In this document: piece by piece, positions 23,823 to 35,843 of the stretch
How the letters are laid out: every line of letters begins with the position of its first letter
Numbering within the stretch: position 1 is the stretch's first letter
DNA from: Phyllosticta citribraziliensis
Lineage: Eukaryota
Direction: 5' to 3'
DNA length: 64,000 nucleotides
NCBI RefSeq assembly: GCF_038025025.1
Contig: NW_027117341.1
Location: forward strand, 1,612,001 to 1,676,000
Notes under the pieces: model-generated
Database searches by the model: none
What the model was told of the DNA's origin: nothing
The model's input: only the letters and a program-made list of their open reading frames with translations
Translations under genes and position numbers: made by a program

Positions 23823-25094
23823 ATGCCCATCTGCATCGAATGCCGGTACCCGCTGCGGACGCTGTACACGACGTACAGCAAGGCGGACGACCGGTCGCTG
23901 GGCAAGGGGGTGCGGCTGACGCAGTGCCCGCGGTGCAAGCGGTTCGGCGACAAGTACGTCGAGCACGACTTCGTGGTGCTGTTCATCGACCTGGTCTTGA
24001 TCAAGCCGCAGGTGTATCGCCACTTGCTGTTTAACCGCCTGGGCAGGGAGGATGATCGGTTTGATGTATGTTTTTGGTGGTCTGTGGTTTTGGGAAGCAT
24101 TTGCATAGGCTGACTTTAATGCGATTGGGATATCCAGCCGTCCATCGTCCGCCTCGGCGTCCTGCTCCTCCTCTTCGACGTCTACCTCACCTGGGCGCGC
24201 ATCGAAAAGGCGTCGCCGAACCCATTCGCCTCGTCCCCATCCTCTCCTGCGGCGTCATCCGACCCTTCGTCCACCGCCTCGTCGTCGAATGCTCCCGACG
24301 CCGCGCTCCTCTCCTCCCAGCCGCTCGTCCTGCAGTACTTGTTTTTCCTCGGCCTGTGCACGGCGCAGACGCTCGCCTTCCACCTGCCGATTCGCTTTCT
24401 GTGCGCGCATCCGCCGCGTCTGTGGCTGCCGTCGATACTGGGGCGGTGGGGGAGCAGCGGCGAGGAGACGGTGACGGTGGCGGCGGGGAGTGGTAGTCAT
24501 GTAATAGGAGGCGGCGTGCTGCCGCCAGCGACAGTCGCGGCGCTGGCGTCCTCGTCGTCATCTTCTTCTTCGACGACGACGACAACACAAGCACCGCCAG
24601 GCAGCCGCGCCTTACCGCCCTCCTCCTCCTCGCCCGCCTCAGGCACGACAACACCCTCGCACACCCACACCTACCCCTACCCCCCCGCGCCCACGCCCTC
24701 CCCCTACAGCACGCCCTTCATCCCGCTAATCCCGCACCACCCGCACCCGACGCCCCTCAGCACCGCGCTCCTCGTCAGCAGCTGCACCAAGCTCTTCCCG
24801 CTGCTGCTCATCATCTGGGACTACGACCTGCCGTCGTCCGCGTCCGCCGTCAGCTGGGCCGTCATCGTCAACAACGTCGCCGCCCTCGAGATCCTCATGG
24901 ACTGCGGCTACCTGCGCGCGGCGCTGCTCGTGGCCGTTGGCGCGGCCGTCAGGGCGCTTGTCGGACGCGTTGTCCTGGGAAGTGTCGGGTTTGGGACGGG
25001 CATCTTTGGCGTGTTGGATGCGTTGGGCGTGCCCGGGGGCGTCGAGGGCGTGGGGAGGGCTGTCGGCGTGGTTGGGGGGTGGGTTGCAGGGTAG
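23823..25094 (+). CDS. ARV1: Arv1 family sterol/lipid homeostasis protein
   Basis: MPICIEC..RLTQCPRCKRFGDKYVEHDFVVLFIDLVLIKPQVYRHLLFN (Arv1 homology domain); intron 24066-24137; several TM segments. Confidence 0.93.
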
Positions 25095-25372
25095 ATAAGA
25101 TCAGGCTGTTATAAATACGGAAGTGCGCAAGTCGACTGTTCAAAAGAGGAGAAAGGCAAAGCGTCGTTTTAGTAAATCCGCATCGTATCCATACATACAG
25201 GGTGGATGGCTGTATCACGGCTGATCTGCTGTCTGCCTACTGTCCATCCATCAAGAGAAGAAGCAAATCAACCCTTCAAAAACGCCCGCCTCGACACACA
25301 ACACACTTTCTCAATCGGCCACCGCCGTTCGTAGTCCTACACATCTTTACCCTCCATCCCCTCTCCATCCCA

Positions 25373-25373
<1 letters not shown>

Positions 25374-25406
<33 letters not shown>
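25374..25406. repeat. Poly-C tract (33 nt)
   Basis: Read directly; lies between the convergent ARV1 and VMA9. Confidence 0.95.
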
Positions 25407-25479
25407 ATGCCCCTCATGTCCACCTTCCCATCACCACACCCTTTCCCTTCCCTTCACCCTAAACCCTCAAAACCTCGTC

Positions 25480-26319
25480 TTAAAACCTGATCGCCCCCGG
25501 AGCCCCGGCAGCCTCAAGCTCGGGCCTGAGGTCGGAGCGACGTGGCGAGATGAGCGGGTGCCACTGCGCGAGGAACGTGATGGCCCACATGAGGTAGCAG
25601 GACCAGGCCGACAGGATGAGCGTGGAGCGCCAGACACTGAATGATGTCAGTCGTGGACAAGTTTGGTTAGGGAAGAAGGGATGGTGGGGAATGGGGGGTG
25701 AGGGGGGGGAAAAGAAACTTACGTCTGATTTTCGCCCTTGGGGCTGGCGAACCAGGAGAGGCCTGAGAAGGCGACGATGATGATGAGGCCGATGATGACG
25801 CTCCAGCTGTGGTGGCGGGCGTCGTTAGCTTGTTTTGGTCTTTCCTCTTCGATGGAAGACGTAGATGAAGAGAAAAGCGGGAAAGAAAGTGGGAAGGGGA
25901 GGAGAGATGTGGGGTGCTGGGAGGGGGTCGTCGTGTCTGTCTATCTGCCTGTCGGCCTAGGCTGCAAATGATGGCGGCGAGAAGAGGGTGATGTGGACGT
26001 GACTGTTGCGCATCGCCCCTCCGCTCTCTCCCCTCATCCGCATCAATCTCTTCTTCTCCGCTCTTTTCTTCCCAGCCCCGCCACTTCGTCTGCTCTTCAA
26101 CTCATGCGTCGCGTCCTCGGCTCAGTGGTCTGCCGGCCGTCCAGCCAGCCAGCCAGCCTGACAGTCGGGGTGGACCTCCCTCGCCTCGGAAAAGTCTCGC
26201 AGACAGACAACCAGACAGACAACGACGTCCTTCTCACCTCCCAAACCAACCCATCCCATCTCGTCCTAAAACGAATCCAAAACTGAAATTCAATCTAAAC
26301 CCACTTACCCGTTCGCCAT
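25480..26319 (-). CDS. VMA9: V-type ATPase V0 subunit e
   Basis: Exons 26319-26309, 25806-25723 and 25636-25480 translate to MANGWSVIIGLIIIVAFSGLSWFASPKGENQTVWRSTLILSAWSCYLMWAITFLAQWHPLISPRRSDLRPE..., with canonical GTAAGT donors. Missed by the ORF track. Confidence 0.93.
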
Positions 26320-27423
26320 GATGACTTCTTTCTTTCCTTGTCTTCCCTTTGCTTTTGCTCTTGCTCTTCCTTCTTGCCTTTACTTCTTTACTGCAGCCAG
26401 CTGGCTAGCTAGCTTCCTCGGTCTTGTCAATTGAGCCGGAGATTGATCGCCGAGCAATGTACGACTGGGCGGCGCTTCGTTCGTTGCTTGCGGTCGCAGC
26501 CTCAATGCTTCGAAGCTTCGATGCTTCGATGAGTGCGTGCGTGCGGTTCGTAGACGGATGTGGGCGGGCGGGCGGTCGGGTGGCAGCGTGGCGAGCGTGC
26601 GTGCGAGAGTCGCGCGGCGTGCGTGACAGCGAAACGTCAGGTCAGGTCGAGCTCGAAGTCCTCTCTCTCGGCGATGGATGTAAAAGGGTGAAGTAGGGCG
26701 ACTCGGGACAGGTAAGAGGTAGGTCGAGTGGTCCAGGTCGGTCGTGGATAGATGACGGAGCGGAGCCAGCGGGGCGGAGGTCGATGCGGGCGGTGAGAGC
26801 CTGAGGTGCCTGGGGATGCGCGGGCCGCCTGTCTGGGCACTCCCCGACCTGCCTGACCTCCCTGACGACTCGGATTCGCCGGGTATGTAGGTACCTACAT
26901 CATCAAGTACGTGCGGTCTTCATCAACTACATTCATTCCAATGCCATACTATATATCATACATCCATCCATCCATCCATCCATCCACAGAGAGCAAAGAA
27001 ACCAAAAAGGCCCAGAGAAGAGGATCAGAAGAAAGAAGAAAAACTTCTTTGACTGACCGCGTAGGTACCTATGTACCGGTACCTACGACGATCAGACGCG
27101 CATTAGAGACTACAAAGTCATTCGATGCTAAGTGAAAGCCCGGGGTAGGTAAGTAAGTAAAGTGTGTGTATTACAACTCGTCCAACTCCATCTTCTCCTT
27201 CTGCCGCCTCATCCTTCTATCCTTCTCGTGGCCGTCGCTGTCGCCATGGATGCGTGCATGTACTGCACGACAAAGGCGATGCGCGCGCGACACGACGCAA
27301 CCTAGCCCCCCTCACTGTTGCCCTGCCTGTCTGTCTGCTCCAGACTAAATCTGATCGCGCTCGCCCGCTCGCTCTGCGTGATCCAGTAACCTCGAGAACG
27401 GCCGTTGCATCCGCGACGGGCCA

Positions 27424-27462
27424 GTCGAGTCGAGTCGAGTCGCGTCGCGTCGCGTCGCGTCG
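27424..27462. repeat. Compound (GTCGA)n(GTCGC)n pentamer microsatellite
   Basis: Read directly from the sequence. Confidence 0.85.
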
Positions 27463-27638
27463 TGTGGTGTAATGTGGTTGTAATGTGGTATGGGTATCAA
27501 CTCAACCGCCGCTTCGCCGCCGCCGCCGCTGCAAAGACCATTCATTCTTTCAAAAAGGCCCGCCCGCAGCAGTCTCCCTTTACCTCCCCCCAATCAATGC
27601 GTGAATGCAAATGCTAGATGCGCTGCCGCCACACGTCC

Positions 27639-29202
27639 TCAGTCTTCCGTTTTGGCAGGCTCCGCAGTCGTCGCCGCGTCTGCTGTCGGCGCGTCGACAA
27701 CGTCGTCGTCGTCGTCGCCGCTCTTTGCCGACGCCTTGGGTTCCGATTCTGTCGTTGGTTCTGCGTCGGCCGCGGCCGCGGCCGTGGGCTGTTCGGTCGC
27801 GTCTTCGTCCTTCTTCTCCTCGTCTGCCTCGGTTGCCGGCTTTGCTTCTGCGGGTTTCGCTGCCTCGGGCTCCTCCTCTTTTGCCTCGCCTGCCTCCTTT
27901 TTGTCTGGTTTGGCGTCGTGCGAGAGAATGGTCGTCGGAGAATCGGGCGTGATCTCGGTAATGTCGACAGAGGGGACGTCTGTCTCGACCTGCGTCTCCT
28001 GTGCGGGCTCGCTTTCGCTGCTCGTCGCCGGGTTGGACGGCTCCTCATCCTCCTTTTCGGCCAACACCTCCGACTTGATGGATTCGCCCGACTCGGGGAA
28101 GCTGTCGTCCGCAGACTCGCCCTTTGACTTGGGCTCCTCTTCTTCCTCCTTCTCCTCGATGACCGTTGAGACTGAGTGCGCGCTGGACGACGCCGTGTGC
28201 CTGTGTCTCTTGGTAGTGTTCCCCGTCACCACCGTCGCGCTCCCTGCGGCATCCGACTCGCGGCCCTTGGCTCCCTCGTCGCCATTCTTCTTCAGTATAG
28301 TTGGCACGGGGCTCGGCAGCGGCTCCGTCGGCGTGGGCGCCTCAATGCCCTCGGCCTCGGGCGGAATGGTATAGTTGTCGTTCTGAATGAGGCTGTACGT
28401 GTCGCAGACGACCTTGAACAGCTGGTACAGGCCCGTCTTGTTCTCGACCTTCCAAAACATGTCGCGGTGCTGGAACCACGCGTGCGCGTAGATGCGGTAC
28501 ACGCGGCGGAAGATGTTGGTCAGCTGCCGGATCTGCTGGTGCGCGCTGCCCGTCTCGGTGCCCAGCGCCAGCCGGCTCGGGAAGCTCTTGGGCGACGTCA
28601 GCGTGTTGGCCGCCCAGTCCAGCGTGTGGCAGCAGTAGTCGATGGCGCAGCACGACTTGGGCGGGTCGTGCACCGCGCAGAGGTACTGCCATTCCGACGC
28701 GCGCATCTCCGGGCATGTCTGCGCCGAGCAGGGGGGCTCGTCGGCGAAGAGGGCTATGAGGATCGAATTCGAGTGTTGGGTGAGGAAGCGGCACAGTTCG
28801 TACAGCCAAAGGGCTCGGTCGATTCCTTCCGGCGGCGTTGCAAGCCTGATCGCGGACGGTCTGTCGAGTGCGTTGGACGAGTCGGCGTCGGGTGGGTGAG
28901 TGGCGGCGTAGTGGAGGGCTTTGAGGTATTCTTGGAGTTGAAATGCAGACTCGATCTATTCCAGCGTCAGCATTTCCACCCGCACACTGCAGACAGCACC
29001 AACGCACATCCTTGAGATCTGCGAGAGGCGGTCCCTCTGCCATGTCTGCGGCCCTGGTGCCAGGACGAATGCGTCGCGACGCGCCCTGGTCCACGGTCGA
29101 TTCGTGCTCGTCGGACGCGGGCGACTTGGGGCCAGACTGGTCCTCTGCGATTGGCGGCGGGCTGGGTAGCCGCGGAGAGCTGGATGGCGACATTGCGGTC
29201 AT
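27639..29202 (-). CDS. MOB3: Mob1/phocein family protein (MOB3/MOB4-type, STRIPAK component) with acidic tail
   Basis: RRIRPGT..MAEGPPL..D|IESAFQLQEYLK (intron 28956-29007), WLYELCRFL, MRASEWQYLCAVH, CCAIDYCCHTLD and FPSRL. Confidence 0.9.
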
Positions 29203-29610
29203 GGTGTCGGTTGTAGATTGGTTCGAGTTGGTTTGCACAGCTCGTCCGAGGCCGAGGAGCTTCAGGTTGGAGCTTGGGCTGGTCCAGGTCCTTGTTGTCA
29301 GCGGGCGGGACATCTTCGGATAGATCATTAAGGTATGGTCTGTGCACAGGAGTTCATGGATGGGTGGATGGGCCTCTCTCACTCCCGTCTTACCTCAGAG
29401 CTCCAAAGAGTCTCTTCATTTTGGAATGGAAATGATGCACTTTGGGGGAAAAGAAGTATTGTCTTGGATTGAAGACGAAGCACGATCAAGATTCCACCAA
29501 GGCTGATCCAAACGGTGTCATACTAAACGGACCACAACCGCCGACTCGAGTCCCACGATGCGGACCTATGCAGTCTAGCCTCGAATCATTGCAACAAACA
29601 GTAACTTTGT

Positions 29611-31543
29611 TCAGTTTCCACCCGTCGCCAGGGTCTCCACTTCATGTAGCGCCTTGGGCGTCTCCGTCAAGTTCTCATAGCCTGTCTCAGTAACCAAAAC
29701 ATTATCCTCAATCCGCACGCCGCCCACGTCCCAAAATCTGGCCAAGACGCTCTCGTCGATAAACTTCTTCTGCTTGTCGTCCTTCAAGAATGGATCGATG
29801 ATAAACTTGCAAAAGTAGATGCCCGGCTCGACGGTGATGACGCTGCCCGCCGGCAGGTTGCCGCGCACGCGCAGGTAGCGGAACATGGGGTCCTTGTCGG
29901 CGTAGTTGGCGTGGCCGCCGCTGTCGTGCGTGTCCATGCCCAGGTAATGGCCCAGGCCGTGCGGGAAGAATGCCACCGAGGTGCGTGCCTCGAAGATGGC
30001 GGCCGCGTCGCCCTTGAGGATGCCTACGTCGAGCAGGCCGGCAATGGCCGTGCGGTGCGCCTGTGCGTGCACGTCGTCCCAGCATACACCAGCCTTGAGC
30101 GACTCGATGGCTTCGATTTGCATGCGCAGCACAATGTCGTAGATGGCGCGGCTCTCGGGCGTGAACTTGCCCGTCAGGGGAAAGGTGCGAGTAATGTCGC
30201 TGGCGTAGCAGTCCTTTTCCGCGCCGGCATCTAGCAGCAGATTGAGCTTGCCTCCGAGGGGCTGGTCGTTGCGGACGTAGTGCAAGGTCGCAGCGCTGGT
30301 CCCCGAGGCTACGATGGAGCTGTACGCTTGGTTTCGACAGCCGCGCTCGATGCACGTCTTGAGAAACAAGGCCTCGAGCTCCCGCTCGTTGGTGGCAGAG
30401 TTGGCAGCCGCCATGACAGCCGTGTGGGCGGCTGTGGAGACGGTGTTGGCGTGGCTGATGAGGGCGATTTCATAAGGAGTCTTGACAACGCGGCTCTCGT
30501 CAATGGCTGTCTTGAGGATTTCGTAGTTCTTGTTCTCAAAAGAGAGGAAAGAAACAGAATCGGAGATTTGGTTGGGAATGGCGTAGATGACAGACTTGGG
30601 AGTCTGAGACGAGGCAAAGAACGAGTTGAGCTCAGGTGTAGTAAGACAGTCGTCCACTTGGTACCTTTTCAAGTCAGCGAATTGGTCCAATCGGTAAGAG
30701 AGATACAAACCTCTGCAGCGCCTCCTCCTTGGCCATTGGCAGCCCCGACCAAATGACCTCCTCGGGGTCCACCGGGGGGATGAAGAGCGTCGTCTTCTCG
30801 CTCTTCAAATCGTACACGACGGCCGAATCGGGCAACTCGCAGCCAGTCAGGTAGTAAAAGTAGCGGCGCTGGCGGAACGGCATCTCCTGGTCGTTATCCT
30901 CATTCATGCGCGTACGCTGGCTCTCGAGATAAATGACGCCGTCCGCCACGCCCTCATCGGCCGACTGGAGGTGCGACAGGATATACTCCTTGACCTTTTT
31001 GGCGTGCACTTTGGCCGGGTACTTTTGCCCCTTGAGCACATCGCGGACCGAAGGCTTGGAGATGGACATTTTGAGTAGCTCGGCGCGTGCAGCGGTTTTG
31101 GCTGACTCGAGGTAGTGTGACAGGGTTTTGCTGAGGTCTCCTGGCGATGATGCTGAAAGCCCTGGTGTGACGGTGTTGCCAGTCGCCTGATTGTTACTCT
31201 CTGGCTGGTTTTCTGCAGCTTCGTAGAACTTTTTGAGCTGGTCCGTCAAGCTCTGGTTGGAATTGTCGCTTCGCTGTTGTTTGTCGCGATATTCTTCAAC
31301 CTTCTTGAGGAGTTGTCTGCGCTTGACGAGATCCGAGTGCTTGGAGCGTAGGCTTCTACAACTTGAGAAGAGGAGATGCTGCTGTCGATTGAAGCTGTGG
31401 TGGCTGGTTCGAGATTCCGATGTGGTGACAGAGTTGGAGGTTGATGATGCAAGTCGAGGGACCGATGATAGCCGCGGCACAGTGGGGCGAAGAGCTCCCT
31501 TTGCAGATAAGAGGTGGCGCGAAGAGCACGCCGACACGAACAT
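29611..31543 (-). CDS. pepP: Xaa-Pro aminopeptidase / prolidase (M24B); alternative start at 31069
   Basis: [54 protein letters not shown] and GGVRIED motifs; intron 30665-30710. Confidence 0.93.
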
Positions 31544-31846
31544 GTAGTTTGAGAATTTTATGCCGCAAAGAGTGTTCCTCTCAATGGCGTGTTGTGGTTT
31601 GGGTTGATGATGAAATAAACTCCACTTCACCAGCAGTTCACGTGACACTGGATGATCAGAGCACTTTCCATTCGTCTTGTCAACTTCAATTGATTAGGAA
31701 ACCATCTCCATTCGTCTAACATATTAATGTAACAATGTGCCTGTATGCGTGATTCATGCGTTCCCGATGCCCTCAACTCCAAATGCTTTTAATGACAAAA
31801 ATGCAATGCTCGTGTATGCTAGGATCATGATGCTGAAATGCGTAGC

Positions 31847-32830
31847 TTAATCTTTCCAGCGCGCCAAAAACTTGGCCATGTCGTCAGTGGGGTTGGCAGC
31901 AGCAGATTGCTAGACTTCAATTAGATACAATCTCGAATTGGAGACGTACAAAACGTACCGTTCCCTCGACGCTGGAATGCGAATAGGTTTGACTTTGGGT
32001 TAGCGTCATTTGAGCATCTGGCGACTTGCCAGGCGTCGTGAACTTGGTAAAGGCGCTCGTGGGGTACAGCATCGTGGTGTGGCTCTTGGTGATGGTCGAG
32101 CCTGGAATCTTTGGCATCGGCGCGTATCTCGTCAGACCCGTCTGAAGTGTATAGGCGAGCAGGTAGCTCGCGTCTGCGAGATCCGACGCGGCAGCTGCCG
32201 CTCCGCCAACTTGCTGACGCAGCTCAAAGTGGTTCAGGTCTCCTGGGCTCGCAACGTCGAGGATGCTGTCCTTGAGGGACTCGGCGATGGATTCGGGGAA
32301 TTTTCCGCTCATGCCGTGGAGGGTGAAGCGAGGCGAGTAGTTGGTCACCTTCTGTCCGTCCTTGGTGGTCGAGACTATGCGGAAAAAGCTATGTCGAGGC
32401 GTTAGCTGGTGCGGGGGACATTTGGATGCTAGGTCGACTAGCTAGCGTGAGGCTCACTAGGCGTTGGCAGTGTCCCCGCCATCCGAGGGAGAGATGACGC
32501 CCTCGGCCGTGTTGCCCTGCGAGAAGCGGCCTTCCTTTGAAATTGTCTTGATAGACGCCTGCGGAGCCAGGTCAGCCAGCGTCCAATGCGCACCGCACTC
32601 TCTCTGGTGCTGCGTACAAAGTTGTCGTTGGGGCCCGCGCAAAGATCCAGCTCGTACGTCTCCAAGTCTGAGATTTTGGGCGACTTGCCCGACTCGACCC
32701 ACTCGACCGTTATCGGCTTGGGGCCGTATCCGACTGTCAGGACATCGCCTTCGTTGACGCTGACGAACTTGACGTCGGCAAGGGCGACGGGGACGAGCGT
32801 AGCGAAGAGCGCTGGAAGGGAGAATTTCAT
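31847..32830 (-). CDS. KRE9: KRE9/KNH1-like secreted beta-1,6-glucan synthesis protein
   Basis: Signal peptide; LCAG; NYSPRFTLHGM; YTLQTGLTRYAPM; C-terminus DMAKFLARWKD*. Introns 32559-32617, 32389-32457 and 31910-31958. Confidence 0.85.
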
Positions 32831-33305
32831 TCTGGGTCCAGGCTACCGGTCAGCGGCCGCGAGCGAGAGACTTGGGTCGGAGTGCGTGGTCGGGTGCGTG
32901 TTGGACAGGACAGGAGTTGTTTTGGGGTTGTGGAGAGTGGGAGGAGGCTCAAGTTCCTTGAGCGCGAAGTACGCGGAGGGCCAACGGTGCCGTGAGGCGC
33001 GCCGCCTGCTGCGCACGCTCGCGCCGCATGGGGGGACCCTGCGTGGCCTTAGCGGCCATGATTTACGAGCACGGCCAGCAGCAAACTACTTTTTTATTAT
33101 AAAAACATCAACACCTGGAATTGTGGGTATATAATGACAGTTTTGAACAGCGCCGCCGCTTTGGAAAAGAAGAGCTGGGACTCGGTTGTCCTGCGTCACA
33201 CACAATGCCGAATGCTCCCCAAACGCCAGAGCACATCCCACTTTCAGCGCTGCTATAGATGCATTTCAAAAACAAATCAGCTCATCCGCAATCGTGACAA
33301 GATCG

Positions 33306-34250
33306 TCATGCCGTTATCTGTGCACTCCCTGCCCGTACCGGTAGTCTTGGACGGAACGTGGCCGGCAGCTTGGACTGTACGGCAGCAGCTTGCAGCCCCG
33401 CCTGCTGCAACGCCATGGTCTTGATGTACAGGCTCTCCTGGGTAACCTGCAGCTCAAAGTCCAACAGGTAACAAACACTGATCTCCAGCTTGTGGAGCTC
33501 CGTCTCGCGCACCCCGCCGACTCCGGCAAATCTTTGTTGCGGATATCGCAGGTCCTCGAGAGCCTTCATGGCGACGCGCAGGGTCCCGAGGACGAGGCGA
33601 TGGATGGTGCGGCTGGTCAGCGGGACTACTCGATCCTCGACGGCCAGCTTCAGTATGTAGGCGCCGGCAGCGAGGTAGACGGCGGTCGACATGGGGCAAT
33701 ATCGTTGTAATCGCAAGAGGTACTCGTGAAGAGCAATGGGCGGAGGGCTTTTGGAGAAGAACTTGCGGGCAATGGCCGACTGTTGCTTGTGGACGGGCTC
33801 TGCGCCGTGGCCGACATCCCTGGCCGACGGCTCGTGGGCGTGGGCCTCGGGACTTCCTATTTCGATTCCACGAAAGGTGGGGGCTCGCAGGTCGTCCGAG
33901 GGGACGGGAGTTGCTGGCCTCGAGTTGCTGCGAGACCGAGTGCCTGGCGTCTCCATGGATACTCTGCGCGGAGTGCCTGGGAGACTGATGGGCGGGGTGG
34001 GTGGAATGTCGCCGGCGACGCTTGCGAGAGCCATGACGGCTCGACACAGCATCTTCATGGCCGTCTCGGGGCGCATCGTGGCCGGGTCCCAGGCGGCGTC
34101 GGCAGGTGGTGAGGGAGCATTTTTGTCTGGAGTGCTGATTTTGGGGATTACGCCGGCATCGGACGAAGGGTTGGGAGGTGCTGGCAGTGGATGGTCGTTT
34201 GAAGCGACTGGCGAGCGACTGGCGCCCGCAGTGGCGTCCTGGGCCTCCAT
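33306..34250 (-). CDS. PHO85-type cyclin (PHO80/PCL-like)
   Basis: KFFSKSPPPIALHEYLLRLQRYCPMSTAVYL..IHRLVL..VAMKALED..FAGVGGV..ELHKLEI cyclin box. Confidence 0.88.
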   Translation of the reverse strand: MEAQDATAGASRSPVASNDHPLPAPPNPSSDAGVIPKISTPDKNAPSPPADAAWDPATMRPETAMKMLCRAVMALASVAGDIPPTPPISLPGTPRRVSMETPGTRSRSNSRPATPVPSDDLRAPTFRGIEIGSPEAHAHEPSARDVGHGAEPVHKQQSAIARKFFSKSPPPIALHEYLLRLQRYCPMSTAVYLAAGAYILKLAVEDRVVPLTSRTIHRLVLGTLRVAMKALEDLRYPQQRFAGVGGVRETELHKLEISVCYLLDFELQVTQESLYIKTMALQQAGLQAAAVQSKLPATFRPRLPVRAGSAQITA

Positions 34251-35065
34251 GACGGAGGGAGATGTGCAGTTGTTGGCGAGGGCAAGCTCAGAGGAATCCT
34301 TGGGCTAGGCGGGCGGAGGTGAGGGTGAGAGTGCGGCTCCTGCTGTGCGTGGCGGCCATGAGCAGAAGACGGGGAAGCGTGAAGGAGCAGGAGTCGCGTG
34401 GGGACATGAGGTAGTTGTCGTCGACTGGAGACTCGGCATCTACATATCAGTCCCTCAAGTCAGGCCTGGGTGGTGTGAACGCAGAGGGAGTCCGGGTGGG
34501 CGTCGCGCAGCCGGACACAGCACACAGCACCGCACCTCTACTTCAACACGACATGGACACTTCGTGGCTGATCGACCCCGCCTACAGCCAGCCACTAGCA
34601 ATGGTTCGACTCATGATCACCTCTCCATTGTTCCGTTGCTTCTCCCCTGCTGGATTTGCCCTTGTGACCGCCCTCGTCTTGGACTTGGTCCTGTCCCGTT
34701 TTCTTTGACGCCCTCTGTATTCTTATTTCCACTGCAAGGCACCCAAGGGTTGCGGATTGCCTCATTGGACAGCGCCAGCCATTTCCCATTCGAGCCCTCC
34801 GATGAGAGCGGAAATTTGTCCGCAGGCAATAGATCCCGTCCACCTCATCCTGCAGAGATATTTTTACCGCTACTGCTGCACATCGTGACCCTCGTTCAGG
34901 GTCCTCAGCTCCAGACACGCAACCGTGCAGGCACCGCTCGATAGCCTTCCCCTAACTAGTCGCCTCTCCACGGTCAATGCTTGGTTGTTTATCGCGCATC
35001 GCCAACTGCCGAAGGATTCAGCTTGTTGCACCCGCTGATCCATCTTTCCAAGCGCCCGCCCGCCC

Positions 35066-35086
35066 AAAAAAAAAAAAAAAAAAAAA
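35066..35086. repeat. Poly-A tract (21 nt)
   Basis: Read directly from the sequence. Confidence 0.9.
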
Positions 35087-35843
35087 CATCTCTCGTCACG
35101 CGGCTCTGTTCCATGGTCGAGGGCTCCATTTCTACTCCTTTGTCCGACCTGTTCCGCTCTCAGCCGCCGGGCCAGGCCTTGGACAGCCGTCGCTTGATCT
35201 TTTGTTTTTTCCCGAGGCCGCCTTGCTTTCTGTGGTGCATCGTCGCTCTGTCCGAGCCAACCCGTGTGAGTCGTCACTTTGGCTGGCTGGCTGTGCTGCG
35301 TCTTGGCATCTGCAGTCCCTTTGGCCAAAGTCACTTGAGCCTCAACATCAGATACACCGCATGTGTCATTGCCAAATCTGTGCTTTGCGCACAACTTTCA
35401 TGCATCAGCCGGTCACAAACCTGAGTTGTTCCTCAGTGTTTCAACCAGCTACTCTTTCCCACAAGCAGCCACTATGCAATGCATCGACTGTCCCCATGAG
35501 ACTTTTGGGTCACTGCTGGCCAACCCAGCGCTGCCGTGTGGACAATGATGAACGTACTCGTACATGTTTTGCTTCATCTTGGTCGCATGCAGAAGTTGGG
35601 CTTAGCAGCAGACTGCGTCTTTCCGCGCCTGAAGGCGTCAAGATTGACACGCGCCCGCGGAAATGAAAAACGAATTTGGATGTGAAAGAAGAAATTCTGG
35701 ATATCCATCGACAAAAAAGAGATCAGCGTCTCTATCGGTCTTCCCCTACAGCTGATTGAGGTATCTCGCCTCGGCCTGGATTTGCTCCGACCTTGTGTTG
35801 TTGTTTGAATTGCATGTATGGCACTAGCGCAGTGTTTGTCTGC

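Noticed and set aside
15228..32830. GPI8, ARV1 and KRE9 as a cell-wall/GPI gene cluster
   Set aside because: They are interspersed with unrelated housekeeping genes over 17 kb; no evidence beyond chance without synteny data.
34560..34620. GGTTCGACTC resembling a tRNA T-loop
   Set aside because: No T-stem pairing or cloverleaf around it.
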